Shown here: positions 43,696 to 53,225 of the stretch, piece after piece
Numbering within the stretch: position 1 is the stretch's first letter
Layout of the letters: each line of letters opens with the position of its first letter
Assembly (NCBI GenBank): GCA_050180485.1
Contig: JBFXED010000019.1
Span: 13,540 to 77,539 of the forward strand
Source of the DNA: Alphaproteobacteria bacterium
Lineage (GTDB): Bacteria; Pseudomonadota; Alphaproteobacteria; CADEGL01
Direction of reading: 5' to 3'
DNA length: 64,000 nt
Position numbers and translations under genes: made by a program
The notes under the pieces: model-generated
The model's database searches: none
What the model was told of the DNA's origin: nothing
What the model saw: the letters and a program-made list of their open reading frames with translations, nothing else

Positions 43696-44457
43696 TCAGA
43701 CAGACAGTGTTTTCAGAAAGCGATCCACCGCCGCGTTGAGTGCAGCAGGCTGCTCCAGCGCCACGGCGTGGCCAGCGCTCGGGATCAGCTCAAAACGAGC
43801 ACCCGCGATGCCGTCACGCAGCGCGTGCGAGCCGTCGAGCCACGCCTCCTCGTCACCGGCGACGACAAAGGTCGGCGCCTTGACTTGGTCCAGCCGCCCT
43901 TCCATCGCGACGCTGCGGCAATGGGCGATGTCCGCCTGACACGTCTTGGGGGGCGTCGTGCGCAACTGACGGTCATAGGCCGAGCGCACGGAGGCCGCGG
44001 CGCCCTTGGCGAAGAGGTAATCGAGATTTTCTCCAAACGCCCCTTCAGGGTCGCTGTCCCATTTGTCGATATCGGCTTGCGAGGTGGTCCAGCGCGGCGC
44101 GGAGCCCAGCGCAATCACGGCTTTTGTCCGTGCCGGATTGCGCGCAGCGAAATCGACCGCCATGGAGCCGCCCATGGAGTGGCCGAAGAAGATGAACGGC
44201 GGCAGCTTCAGCGCATCCGCCAGCGCCGGGAAGAACCGTGCATAGCCGGCCGCATCGTTAATCGGCGGGCCTTCCGATTCCCGCCGCCCTGGCAGATCGA
44301 TCGCGATGGGCGTGTGGTCGCGCGCAAGATGCGGGTACACGTGCTGCCAGTAATCGCCGTTGTCATAGGCGCCATGGACCAGCAGCACGGTATGGCCTTT
44401 CGCGCCATCCGTCTTTCGGTATCCGACGGCACGCCCGTTGACGGTGACGGTCGGCAT
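43696..44457 (-). CDS. Alpha/beta hydrolase
   Basis: VHGA, DLPG, GHSMG nucleophile, AGH. Confidence 0.88.
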   Translation of the reverse strand: MPTVTVNGRAVGYRKTDGAKGHTVLLVHGAYDNGDYWQHVYPHLARDHTPIAIDLPGRRESEGPPINDAAGYARFFPALADALKLPPFIFFGHSMGGSMAVDFAARNPARTKAVIALGSAPRWTTSQADIDKWDSDPEGAFGENLDYLFAKGAAASVRSAYDRQLRTTPPKTCQADIAHCRSVAMEGRLDQVKAPTFVVAGDEEAWLDGSHALRDGIAGARFELIPSAGHAVALEQPAALNAAVDRFLKTLSV

Positions 44458-44467
44458 ATCGCTTCCC

Positions 44468-44863
44468 CTAGCCCGCCGGCACGCCGACGCAGCGCGCCAC
44501 GACACTAATCAAGTAGAACACCATGCAAGCCCGGACCATGTAGGACCAGAAGCGCGGACCGTTGAAATTGGCCGCGCATTTCCAGACCGCCACGACGATG
44601 AAGATCATGTAGGCGAAAAAGCAGAACGCCAGAAGCCGCATGCCCGCCATGACATAGCGGCCCGAATCGCTGGGATCGGCGAATTGCTCCACCAGCCATT
44701 CCCGGACGGCAGGTGTTTCCAGCGCTCCGGCGTAGATCGAGAAGACGACGAGAGGCAGGAACCAGTAGTGCCAGAAAGCCCGCCACATAGGCATTTCGCC
44801 GCGCCACAGGCGGCGGATCAGCGCCAGCGGTCCCCACAGAGATTTCTCGGATTCGTCGGTCAC
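44468..44863 (-). CDS. Hypothetical membrane protein (about 3 TM)
   Basis: Hydrophobic helices; LW.GE..MW.AFW and VAVWKCA.N patterns. Confidence 0.6.
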   Translation of the reverse strand: MTDESEKSLWGPLALIRRLWRGEMPMWRAFWHYWFLPLVVFSIYAGALETPAVREWLVEQFADPSDSGRYVMAGMRLLAFCFFAYMIFIVVAVWKCAANFNGPRFWSYMVRACMVFYLISVVARCVGVPAG

Positions 44864-44947
44864 GCACTGCTCTCCGGCTCGGTTCGGCGGCAATAACGCG
44901 CGATGGCTTCGGTTCTGTCAAACGCGCATTCCGGCGGCGCAAACGGT

Positions 44948-44962
44948 CTGATAATTTATCGG
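44948..44962. promoter_or_regulatory. Putative TetR operator
   Basis: Near-perfect inverted repeat cTGATAA-t-TTATCGg just upstream of the TetR gene. Confidence 0.45.
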
Positions 44963-44988
44963 CCGCACCTTCCGTGAGGCTTCCCGCA

Positions 44989-45789
44989 ATGGCCAAATCC
45001 CGGCGTTCTTCCACCGATGCGCCCAAGCGCCGGCGCGGCATCACACGCGACGCGCTGCTGCAGGCCGCGGCCGAGCTGTTCGCGCGCAAAGGCTATCGCG
45101 CGACCAGCCTCGAGGACGTGGCCGACACGCTCGGCGTCAAGAAGACGACGATCTACCACTATGTCCGCTCCAAGGAAGTACTGCTGGTCGACATCTACGA
45201 GACGATGCTCGACGTCATCGAGGCGCGGCTGCGCCCCATCTCGCGCGCGAACCTGCCGCCGGACGAGCGCCTGCGCCGCCTGATCCACGCCTATATCGAG
45301 ATCATGGCTGAGAAGGCCGCGATGTCGACCACGTGGACGCGCGAAGAGAACAACCTGTCGAAGGACAATTTGCTCAAGATCCTTCGCCGCAGCCGCCAGA
45401 TGGAAAAGCTGTTCGAAAGCGTGATCGAGGAAGGACAGGAAAAAGGCCTGTTCCGGCCTTTGACGCCGCGCCTGGTCGTCTTGGCCATCCTGGGCATGTG
45501 CAACTTCGTCTCGTACTGGTTCCGACTGACGGATATTCCCGTGGACCGGATCGCCAGCGAGTTCGCGCTCATCCTTGCATCGGGCCTGGGCAACGACGGC
45601 GCGGGCGGCAGCGGTCTGTGGCCGCGCGCAGGTTCGGTCGGCGAAGCGCTGGCGCCCGCCCTCGCGCGCTTGGAAGCGCTCGAAGGCGAGATGACGCAGC
45701 TCAGGGGCGAAATCGAAAAAGCCCAGGCCCGTCTGGGCGATGGGCTGACGGGCGGAAAGTCCGGTACGCCGCGGACGCGAAAGGGCTGA
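44989..45789 (+). CDS. TetR/AcrR regulator (KstR2-like C-terminal domain) with extra C-terminal coiled coil
   Basis: AAELFARKGYRATSLEDVADTLGVKKTTIYHY..SKE. Confidence 0.9.
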   Translation: MAKSRRSSTDAPKRRRGITRDALLQAAAELFARKGYRATSLEDVADTLGVKKTTIYHYVRSKEVLLVDIYETMLDVIEARLRPISRANLPPDERLRRLIHAYIEIMAEKAAMSTTWTREENNLSKDNLLKILRRSRQMEKLFESVIEEGQEKGLFRPLTPRLVVLAILGMCNFVSYWFRLTDIPVDRIASEFALILASGLGNDGAGGSGLWPRAGSVGEALAPALARLEALEGEMTQLRGEIEKAQARLGDGLTGGKSGTPRTRKG

Positions 45790-46575
45790 TCAACGGCCCT
45801 TGAAGTTGGGCTTCCGCTTTTCCAGGAAGGCGGAGCAGCCTTCATGGGCGTCTTCCGAATCGAGCACCAGACTGACCATGGCCCGCTCGTGGTCGAGTGC
45901 GGCCTGCATCGCCATGTCGGCGCCCGAGGCCAGCGTGCGCTTCATCAGCTTCAACACCAGGGGCGACTTGTCGGCGATGCGGTTCGCCAGCTTCAGCGTC
46001 TCTTCCATCAGGTTCTCGCGCGGCACCACCATGTTGGCGAGGCCGATGGCGACGGCGCGCCCGGCATCGATGCGGTCGCCGGTGAACATCAGTTCCTTGG
46101 CCTTGCACAGCGAGATCTGGCGGATGATCCGCTGCGTGCCGCCCGCACCCGGGAACAAGCCCAGGGTGATTTCCGGCAGCCCGAGCACGGCTGAATCCGC
46201 CAGCACGCGCAGGTCCAGCGCCAGCAGAAGCTCGGTGCCACCGCCAAGCGCGAAACCGTTGACCGCGCCGATGGTCGGCTTGTCGCACAGCTCGATCCGG
46301 CGGAAGACGCGATGGATGACCTCGGCGAACTCCTCGTAATGGGCCAGGCCTTTGCGCGAATTGAGATCGCCAATATCCCCGCCGGCGACGAAAGCGCGAT
46401 CGCCCGCGCCGGTCACCACGATCACGCGCACGGCCGCATCGGCCTCCAGGGCGCCGAACGCAGTGTCCAGCGCCTGGACGGTCGGGATATCCAGCGCGTT
46501 GAGCGTCTTCGGGCGGTTGATCGTGATGATCCCCACCGCGCCCCGTGTTTCCGTCAGAATCGGTTGCTCGCTCAT
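45790..46575 (-). CDS. Enoyl-CoA hydratase/isomerase
   Basis: AFVAGGDI, GFALGGGTE, PEITLGLFPGAGGTQR. Confidence 0.93.
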   Translation of the reverse strand: MSEQPILTETRGAVGIITINRPKTLNALDIPTVQALDTAFGALEADAAVRVIVVTGAGDRAFVAGGDIGDLNSRKGLAHYEEFAEVIHRVFRRIELCDKPTIGAVNGFALGGGTELLLALDLRVLADSAVLGLPEITLGLFPGAGGTQRIIRQISLCKAKELMFTGDRIDAGRAVAIGLANMVVPRENLMEETLKLANRIADKSPLVLKLMKRTLASGADMAMQAALDHERAMVSLVLDSEDAHEGCSAFLEKRKPNFKGR

Positions 46576-46586
46576 GCCAGGTTCCC

Positions 46587-47024
46587 TCAGATCACCAGAC
46601 GTTCCAGCGCCGCACGGATAGGCGCCGGGATCGGCACCGGCTTACGCGCCGTGCGTTCGACGAAGACATGGACGAAATGCCCCGTCGCCGCGGCCTCCGC
46701 GATGTCCTTTTTGAAGATGCCGATCTCGTACCGCACGGACGAATTGCCCAGCTTGCCGACGCGCAACCCCACCTCGACCACCTCCGGAAAGGTCAGTTCA
46801 CGGTGGAACTGGCAGAACGTCTCGACGGCCAGGCCAACGATATCGCCCTTGGTGATGTCGAGCCCGCCCGCACGGATCAGGTATTCGTTGATGACCGTGT
46901 CGAAGTACGAATAGTAGACCACGTTGTTGACGTGGCCGTAGATGTCGTTGTCCATCCAGCGCGTCGGGATCAGCAGGAAATGCCCATAGCGGTCGCGCGT
47001 CTCGGGCAGTTTGCGTTCGGCCAT
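46587..47024 (-). CDS. 4HBT/YbgC-like acyl-CoA thioesterase
   Basis: [23 protein letters not shown]. Confidence 0.9.
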   Translation of the reverse strand: MAERKLPETRDRYGHFLLIPTRWMDNDIYGHVNNVVYYSYFDTVINEYLIRAGGLDITKGDIVGLAVETFCQFHRELTFPEVVEVGLRVGKLGNSSVRYEIGIFKKDIAEAAATGHFVHVFVERTARKPVPIPAPIRAALERLVI

Positions 47025-47031
47025 CACCGCC

Positions 47032-47820
47032 TCACAGGAAGCTCTTGAGCGCGGCCAACGTGGCGCCGGGCTGCTCGATCATCATCATGTGGCCCGCCTC
47101 GGGCAGGGTCACGGTCTTCGCGTCCGCGATTTGCTTCGCGAGCGCCGCCGCGGCCTTGGGCGGAGTCATGATGTCCGCCGTACCGCACAGGAACAGCGCC
47201 GGGCATTTGATCTTGCCCGCGGCGGCACTGGCGCCCTGATAGGCGTTGCACGCGGCCAAATCGACGCCCAAGGCACCCTTCGGTCCCGTTTCCAGAAGGC
47301 TCAGGCCGCCGCCCAGCATCCATAAGCCCGGCGCCTGATGCCCGCCCAAATGCGCGCGGCGGCCGAAGCCCCAGGACGAGACCAGTTCGGACGCCAGCGT
47401 TTCGCCCGCTTGCGCCGCTTTCAGAAGTTCGGGATGCACCGCCATGGGCGCCGAGATGCCGAGCAGCGCCAGCTTGGCAACACGCTCCGGCACCTGAGCT
47501 GCCGCCTCGAACGCGGCCAGCGCGCCCATGCTGTGACCGACCAACGCGGCCTGGGACGCGCCGGACGCGGCGATCAACTTGCCGAGCCATGCGCCCAGCC
47601 CCTCGATCGAATCGATCGGCGTACCCTCGGAGCGTCCGTGGCCCGGCAGGTCCACCGCCAGGACGGAATAACCGTGATGGGCGAACCAGCGCGCCTGCAA
47701 CGGCCAGACCGTGTGATCCATGCCCGCGCCGTGAACGAAGACCACCGTGGGCTTCGCTGCATCGAACGGGCGTCCGCCCGTCGCCGCGAAAACCGCGCGG
47801 CCGTCGACCCTCAGCTCCAT
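47032..47820 (-). CDS. Alpha/beta hydrolase
   Basis: [27 protein letters not shown]. Confidence 0.9.
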   Translation of the reverse strand: MELRVDGRAVFAATGGRPFDAAKPTVVFVHGAGMDHTVWPLQARWFAHHGYSVLAVDLPGHGRSEGTPIDSIEGLGAWLGKLIAASGASQAALVGHSMGALAAFEAAAQVPERVAKLALLGISAPMAVHPELLKAAQAGETLASELVSSWGFGRRAHLGGHQAPGLWMLGGGLSLLETGPKGALGVDLAACNAYQGASAAAGKIKCPALFLCGTADIMTPPKAAAALAKQIADAKTVTLPEAGHMMMIEQPGATLAALKSFL

Positions 47821-47823
47821 CGC

Positions 47824-49119
47824 TCAGCCCTTCTGCGAGGCGCGCAGGGCGCGCGACAGATCGGCGATCAGGTCTTCCGCATCTTCCAGGCCGATTGAAA
47901 GGCGCACCAATTCCTCGCCGATGCCGGCGGCTTTCAGCGCTTCGGCATCCATCTGCTGGTGCGTCGTGGAGGCCGGATGGATGACCAGCGACTTGGCGTC
48001 GCCGACATTGGCCAGATGCGAGAACAGGCGAAGGTTCTCGATGAATTTCCGTCCCGCAGCGCGGCCGCCCTTAATGCCGAAGCTGAACACCGCGCCGCTG
48101 CCCTTCGGCAGCAAGGCCTTGGCGCGCGCATGGTCGGGATGGCTAGCCAGTTCCGGATAGCCGACCCACGCCACCTCGGCTGCCTTGGACAGGTACTCGA
48201 CCACGCGCCGCGTGTTCTCGACGTGGCGCGCCATGCGCACGGGAAGCGTCTCGATTCCCTGCAGAAGGTAGAACGCGTTGGACGGGCTCATGCAGGCGCC
48301 GAAATCGCGCAAGCCCTCGGCGCGCGCGCGCATGATGAAAGCCAAGGGGCCGAACTCCTCGGCGAAGTCGAGGCCGTGATAGCCGGCATAGGGCTCGGTG
48401 AGCGTCGGGAACTTGCCGGACTTCTCCCACGCGAAGCGGCCGCTATCCACGATCACGCCGCCGATGGCGACGCCGTGGCCGCCCAGGAACTTGGTCGCCG
48501 AGTGCATCACCAGATCGACGCCATGTTCGAAGGGTCGGAACAGGTAGGGCGTGGCGAAGGTGTTGTCGATCAGCACCGGCACGCCGGCCGCGTGCGCGAT
48601 CTCGGCCACCGCCGGCAGATCCATGATTTCGAGGCCGGGGTTGCCCAGCGTTTCGCCGAAGACAAGACGCGTCTCGGGCCGGATCGCAGCCTTGAACGCC
48701 GCCGTATCGCGCGGCGGCACGAAGGTCGTGGTGATTCCGAAGCGCGGCAGCGTGTGGGTGAAGAGATTATGGCTGCCGCCGTAGATCGAGGCCGACGAGA
48801 CAATATGTCCGCCTGCCCCCATCAGCGTCGCGATGGCCAGATGCAGCGCCGCCTGGCCGCTGGCCGTGGCGACGGCGCCAACGCCACCTTCGAGCGCGGC
48901 GATGCGTTCTTCCAAAACCGAAACGGTGGGATTGGAGATGCGCGAGTAGATGTGGCCCGCGCGCTCCAGATTGAACAATTCCGCCGCGTGATCCGCGTCC
49001 GGAAAGACATAGGACGTGGTCTGGTAGATGGGGACCGCCCGCGCGCCGGTCACGGGATCCGGCTGCTGGCCCGCATGCAGACTCAACGTGCCGAATTTGA
49101 GGAAATTGGGGTCGACCAT
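47824..49119 (-). CDS. metY: O-acetylhomoserine aminocarboxypropyltransferase (sulfhydrylase)
   Basis: [46 protein letters not shown]. Confidence 0.92.
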   Translation of the reverse strand: MVDPNFLKFGTLSLHAGQQPDPVTGARAVPIYQTTSYVFPDADHAAELFNLERAGHIYSRISNPTVSVLEERIAALEGGVGAVATASGQAALHLAIATLMGAGGHIVSSASIYGGSHNLFTHTLPRFGITTTFVPPRDTAAFKAAIRPETRLVFGETLGNPGLEIMDLPAVAEIAHAAGVPVLIDNTFATPYLFRPFEHGVDLVMHSATKFLGGHGVAIGGVIVDSGRFAWEKSGKFPTLTEPYAGYHGLDFAEEFGPLAFIMRARAEGLRDFGACMSPSNAFYLLQGIETLPVRMARHVENTRRVVEYLSKAAEVAWVGYPELASHPDHARAKALLPKGSGAVFSFGIKGGRAAGRKFIENLRLFSHLANVGDAKSLVIHPASTTHQQMDAEALKAAGIGEELVRLSIGLEDAEDLIADLSRALRASQKG

Positions 49120-49198
49120 GGCGCGGCTCCGTGGCCGCGACGCGCGGCCCGGCGCATGAGACACCACGCATTCGGCCCCGGCAAGACCGCGGGCCGGA

Positions 49199-49229
49199 CC
49201 AAAAAAAGAGGCCGCCCGAAGGGGCGGCC
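49199..49229 (-). terminator. Intrinsic terminator in the metY 5' leader
   Basis: Minus strand ggccgccc-cttc-gggcggcc-tc-U7, about 80 nt upstream of the metY ATG. Confidence 0.85.
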
Positions 49230-49240
49230 CAGTCGATAGG

Positions 49241-49322
49241 GGGCGTGAAACGAAGGATTGGATGGCTTGCACCCAAGCAGCAGGCGCTGCGAGGGCTCTT
49301 CTAGAGACCCTTCGTTACGCCC
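49241..49322 (-). ncRNA. Putative structured RNA (four-way junction), riboswitch-like leader or sRNA
   Basis: Closing stem gggcgt-aacgaa/ttcgtt-tc-acgccc encloses three hairpins; terminator follows. Confidence 0.5.
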
Positions 49323-49348
49323 GCGTGACGGAGAAATGAATTTCCTGC

Positions 49349-50137
49349 TCAACCCGCCATGATCCCGCCGTCGATCGACAGGGCGGCGCCGGTGATGGGC
49401 GATGCGGCCTCGCTGCAGAGATAAGCCACGAAGCGGCCGATTTCTTCAGGCGTGATGAAGCGCTTGTTGGGCTGGGTCGAAAGAAGAATTTTCGATGCCT
49501 GCTCGAACGAAACGCCTTCGCGCTGGGCGATGACCTCGACCTGGGGGCGCGACATGCCGGTCAGAACCCAGCCCGGGCAGATCGCGTTGCAGGTGATCTG
49601 GCTTTCGGCAACCTCGAGCGCGACCGCCTTGGTCAGGCCGATCAGGCCGAACTTGGCCGCCGTATAAGCCGTCTTCTTGGGCGATGCCGCCAGGCCGCTG
49701 GCCGAGGCGTTGTTGATGATACGGCCCCAGCCGCGCTTCTTCATGCCCGGCATGGCCGTGCGGATGGCGTGGAACGCCGCGGTCAGGTTAACGGCGAGAA
49801 GCGCATCCCAGCGCTCGACCGGGAATTCCTCGACCAGCGCCACGTGCTGGATGCCGGCGTTGTTGACCAAGATGTCGACGGCGCCGAACGCCTTCTCGGT
49901 GTTGCGCACCATCTGCACCACCTGGTCCTCGTGCGCCAGATCGACCGGATCGTGCAGCACCTTCACGCCGTGCTTGCCCGCGATCTCGGCCTTCAGCTTC
50001 TCGATCTCCTTGGCCTCGCCGAAGCCGGTGATCATCACGTTGCAGCCTTCTTCGGCCAGCACCTTGGCGATGCCCAGCCCCATGCCGCTGGTCGCGCCGG
50101 TGACCAGCGCGGCCTTGCCCTTCAATTTCAGATCCAT
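49349..50137 (-). CDS. bdhA: 3-hydroxybutyrate dehydrogenase-like SDR
   Basis: TGATSGMG, NNAGIQH, YTAAK, ICPGWVLT. Confidence 0.8.
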   Translation of the reverse strand: MDLKLKGKAALVTGATSGMGLGIAKVLAEEGCNVMITGFGEAKEIEKLKAEIAGKHGVKVLHDPVDLAHEDQVVQMVRNTEKAFGAVDILVNNAGIQHVALVEEFPVERWDALLAVNLTAAFHAIRTAMPGMKKRGWGRIINNASASGLAASPKKTAYTAAKFGLIGLTKAVALEVAESQITCNAICPGWVLTGMSRPQVEVIAQREGVSFEQASKILLSTQPNKRFITPEEIGRFVAYLCSEAASPITGAALSIDGGIMAG

Positions 50138-50191
50138 TGATTCCCCCAAGATTGGAATGACTGGGCGAATCCGCCGGAGCGGCGGAAGCGC

Positions 50192-50374
50192 CTAACGCTT
50201 GAAAAACGATTCGGCCGCGCTGCGATGGCTTGTCTTACCGGAGATGGCTTGGCGCACGCGCGCGATCTCTTCCTCCAGTTCCTCGATGTATGCTTCGAGC
50301 TCCTTGACGCCCAACACCTCGAGATTGCGCTTCTCGATCTTCTTCTTGCGCGGCTCCAGGTCCTCGGCGTCCAT
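50192..50374 (-). CDS. DUF1192-like small coiled-coil protein
   Basis: MDAEDLEPR...LEVLGVKELEAYIEELEEEIARV...AAESFFK. Confidence 0.8.
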   Translation of the reverse strand: MDAEDLEPRKKKIEKRNLEVLGVKELEAYIEELEEEIARVRQAISGKTSHRSAAESFFKR

Positions 50375-50446
50375 GGTCTCCTCCGTCTTGCGACCGGTCG
50401 AGCAAGATACTAGACCTGATTTGTCCTGTCCCAAGAAGGGTGCCCC

Positions 50447-51442
50447 ATGAAAATCCCCAAGGAAATGCACGCCATCGAGGTGGCGAAACCGGGCAAGCCG
50501 TCGGCCATGAAGCTGGTGACGCGACCGGTGCCACAGCCGGGCCAGGGCGAAGTTCTGATCAAGGTCGCCGCCGCAGGCGTCAACCGCCCCGACGTAATGC
50601 AGCGCCAAGGCAAGTATCCACCGCCACCGGGCGCGTCCGACATCCTGGGTCTCGAGGTTGCCGGCACGATCGTGGCGCTGGGGCCGGGCGCCACGGGCGT
50701 GCGCGTGGGCGATCATGTGTGCGCGCTCTTGTCGGGCGGCGGTTATGCCGAATACGCGGTCGCCGCCGCATGGCTGTGCCTGCCCGTGCCGCATCACTTC
50801 AGCCTGGTCGAAGCCGCCGCGGCGCCGGAGACGTTCTTCACCGTGTGGGACAATGTCTTCACCCGCGGGCGGCTGAAGCGCGACGAAACGATCCTGGTTC
50901 ACGGCGGGTCGAGCGGTATCGGCACGACGGCGATCCAGTTGGCCCACGCCTTCCAGGCGCGTGTCCTGGCCACCGCCGGCTCGACGCAGAAATGCGAGGC
51001 CTGCATGTCCCTCGGCGCGGACCTCGCCATCGACTACAAGAAAGAGGACTTCGTCGCCGTGGTGAAGGAGGCGACCCAGGGGCGCGGCGTCGACGTCATC
51101 CTGGACATGGTCGGGGGCGACTATTTCCCCCGCAACATCGAGGCACTGGCGCTCGAGGGGCGGCTGGTGCAGATCGCCACCCAGGCCGGGGGCAAGAGCG
51201 AGATCAACCTGGTCCCCTTGATGCAGAAGCGCATCACGGTGACCGGCTCGACCCTCAGACCCCGCACCGTGGCCCAGAAAGCCGTCATCGCGGGGGCCCT
51301 CAGGGCCCATGTCTGGCCCCTCCTGGATTCGGGCAAAATCCGCCCTCTGATCCACGCCATGGTGCCCCTGGCCCATGCCGCGGAGGCCCATACGGTCCTG
51401 GAATCGGGCGCCCATATCGGAAAAATCGTGCTGGCGATCTAG
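50447..51442 (+). CDS. NAD(P)H-quinone oxidoreductase, PIG3 family
   Basis: AAGVNRPDVMQRQGKY, GLEVAG, HGGSSGIG, HIGKIVL. Confidence 0.93.
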   Translation: MKIPKEMHAIEVAKPGKPSAMKLVTRPVPQPGQGEVLIKVAAAGVNRPDVMQRQGKYPPPPGASDILGLEVAGTIVALGPGATGVRVGDHVCALLSGGGYAEYAVAAAWLCLPVPHHFSLVEAAAAPETFFTVWDNVFTRGRLKRDETILVHGGSSGIGTTAIQLAHAFQARVLATAGSTQKCEACMSLGADLAIDYKKEDFVAVVKEATQGRGVDVILDMVGGDYFPRNIEALALEGRLVQIATQAGGKSEINLVPLMQKRITVTGSTLRPRTVAQKAVIAGALRAHVWPLLDSGKIRPLIHAMVPLAHAAEAHTVLESGAHIGKIVLAI

Positions 51443-51590
51443 GCCTTAGGCCGCGTATAACACCCCCCTACTGACTTTTCCCGCGGCCCCTAAATAGAGG
51501 GGCACGCCCCTTCCCCTAGGTACTGGGTTTGGGAAGCGCCTTCGGCGCGCCCGACCTGCTGCATTCAGGGGTGCGATGCGTGGAGGACAC

Positions 51591-52304
51591 ATGCCGCAAC
51601 CGTTGATGCCGAAGGCCACGGCCGTCTGGCTGGTCGAGAACACGACGCTGACCTTCAAGCAGATCGCCGATTATTGCGGCCTGCACGAGTTGGAGATCCA
51701 GGCCATCGCCGACGGCGAAGTGGCGCCGGGCATGCACGGCATCGACCCGACCGCTTCGGGCCAACTCACCCAGGCCGAGATTGAGCGCTGCCAGGGCGAT
51801 TCGAGCGCCAAGCTGGCTTTCGCCAAGACCGACATTCCGCTGCCCAAAGCCCGCACGCGCGGGGCGCGTTATACGCCGGTGGCCAAGCGCAACGACAAGC
51901 CCGACGCGATCGAGTGGCTGTCCAAGCACTATCCGGAACTGGCCGACGCGCAGATCGGCCGCATCCTCGGCACCACGAAGCCGACCATCAAGGCGGTGCG
52001 CGAGCGGACCCATTGGAACGCGCAGAACATCCGGCCGCGCAGCCCGGTGGAGTTGGGCCTGTGCAGCCTGACGGAGCTGGACGCCGAGATCATCAAGGCC
52101 CGCCGCGCGAAGCAGCGCGCCGAGGACAGGAAGCGCCGCGCCGAACGCCGCGCCGCGCGCGAGGCCGCCGCCGCTGCCAATCCGCAGCCCGCGAGCGAGC
52201 CCTCCACGGAGGCGCCGACGCAGGAGCCCGCGCCGGAGATGCACAACAACGGTGGTGAGGCTGCGCCGTCGGCGCCCGCCACGGACGAGCCGCAGCAGAA
52301 CTGA
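51591..52304 (+). CDS. DUF1013-family conserved alphaproteobacterial protein
   Basis: MPKATAVWLVENTTLTF.QIA..CGLH.LE, RYTPVAKR.DKPDAI.WL. Confidence 0.88.
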   Translation: MPQPLMPKATAVWLVENTTLTFKQIADYCGLHELEIQAIADGEVAPGMHGIDPTASGQLTQAEIERCQGDSSAKLAFAKTDIPLPKARTRGARYTPVAKRNDKPDAIEWLSKHYPELADAQIGRILGTTKPTIKAVRERTHWNAQNIRPRSPVELGLCSLTELDAEIIKARRAKQRAEDRKRRAERRAAREAAAAANPQPASEPSTEAPTQEPAPEMHNNGGEAAPSAPATDEPQQN

Positions 52305-52326
52305 CGCCGCGCGCCGCTAAAACGAG

Positions 52327-52354
52327 AACGGCGCCTCCGCGAGGAGGCGCCGTT
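52327..52354. terminator. Hairpin between converging genes
   Basis: aacggcgcctcc-gcga-ggaggcgccgtt. Confidence 0.75.
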
Positions 52355-52379
52355 GCCGTTTCTGGACCGTCAAACCGGC

Positions 52380-53159
52380 CTATTCGTCCTTCACCGGCAC
52401 CGTGTAGTTGAGCGCGAGGCGCCCGCCGTCCGGATAGATGGTCTGGCCGGTGATGTAGGAGGAATCCTCGGTCGCCAGGAACAGGGCCACCTTGCCCACC
52501 TCCTCCGGCTCGCCGTAACGCCCCAGCGGGGTACGCGCCATCTGCGCGCGCTTCACGGCCGGGTCCTTGGCCACCATCTTGACCATGTCGGTCGCGATCG
52601 AGCCCGGGCCGATGGCGTTCACGCGGATGCCCTTGGTCGCGAGCGAGATGGCGGCGGCGCGGGTCAACTGGTTGATGCCGCCCTTGGAGGCCACATAAGG
52701 CGCGATGGTCGGGATCGCCATGACCGCGTTGCACGACGACATGGTGATGATCGAGCCGCCCTTGCCCTGCTTCGCCATCTGGCGCGCCGCCGCCTGCACG
52801 GTCAGGAAGGTGCCGGTCAGGTTGACCGCCATCACCTTGCTCCAATCCTCGAGCGTGATGTCGAGGAAATCCTTGACCGCGTTGATACCCGCGTTGGCGA
52901 CGCAGACATCGAGGCCGCCGAAATTCTTCACGGCCGCATCGACCAGCCCCTGCACGTCGGCCGGGTTGCTGACATCGCACTTCACGAACACCGCGCGCTT
53001 GCCCGACGGATCGAGCGACTTGGCGGCGTCGGGCCCGATGTCGGTCATCACGTCGCCCAAGACGACCTTCGCACCCTCGTCGAAGAACACCTTCGCGCAG
53101 GCGAAGCCGATGCCGCGCGCGGCACCCGTGACGATGGCGACCTTGTCCTTCAAACGCAT
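52380..53159 (-). CDS. Classical SDR oxidoreductase (array copy 1)
   Basis: TGAARGIG, NAG, YVASK, GGRLALNY. Confidence 0.93.
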   Translation of the reverse strand: MRLKDKVAIVTGAARGIGFACAKVFFDEGAKVVLGDVMTDIGPDAAKSLDPSGKRAVFVKCDVSNPADVQGLVDAAVKNFGGLDVCVANAGINAVKDFLDITLEDWSKVMAVNLTGTFLTVQAAARQMAKQGKGGSIITMSSCNAVMAIPTIAPYVASKGGINQLTRAAAISLATKGIRVNAIGPGSIATDMVKMVAKDPAVKRAQMARTPLGRYGEPEEVGKVALFLATEDSSYITGQTIYPDGGRLALNYTVPVKDE

Positions 53160-53225
53160 GGGAATCTCCTCGGAGGCTTTTGAAATCGGAACGTGCTTAG
53201 CAAGCGGCCCGCACAGGCGTCAACG

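Noticed and set aside
49241-49322. tRNA or SAM-II identity for the cloverleaf-like RNA
   Set aside because: No T-loop (GTTCRA), D-loop or CCA. The GGCTTGCA similarity to SAM-II is short and on the non-coding strand.
51180-51540. Local shift to CCC/GGG-rich, CG-poor composition
   Set aside because: Reading frame intact; a similar shift occurs upstream of rpmE, so it is probably a promoter-proximal bias rather than foreign DNA
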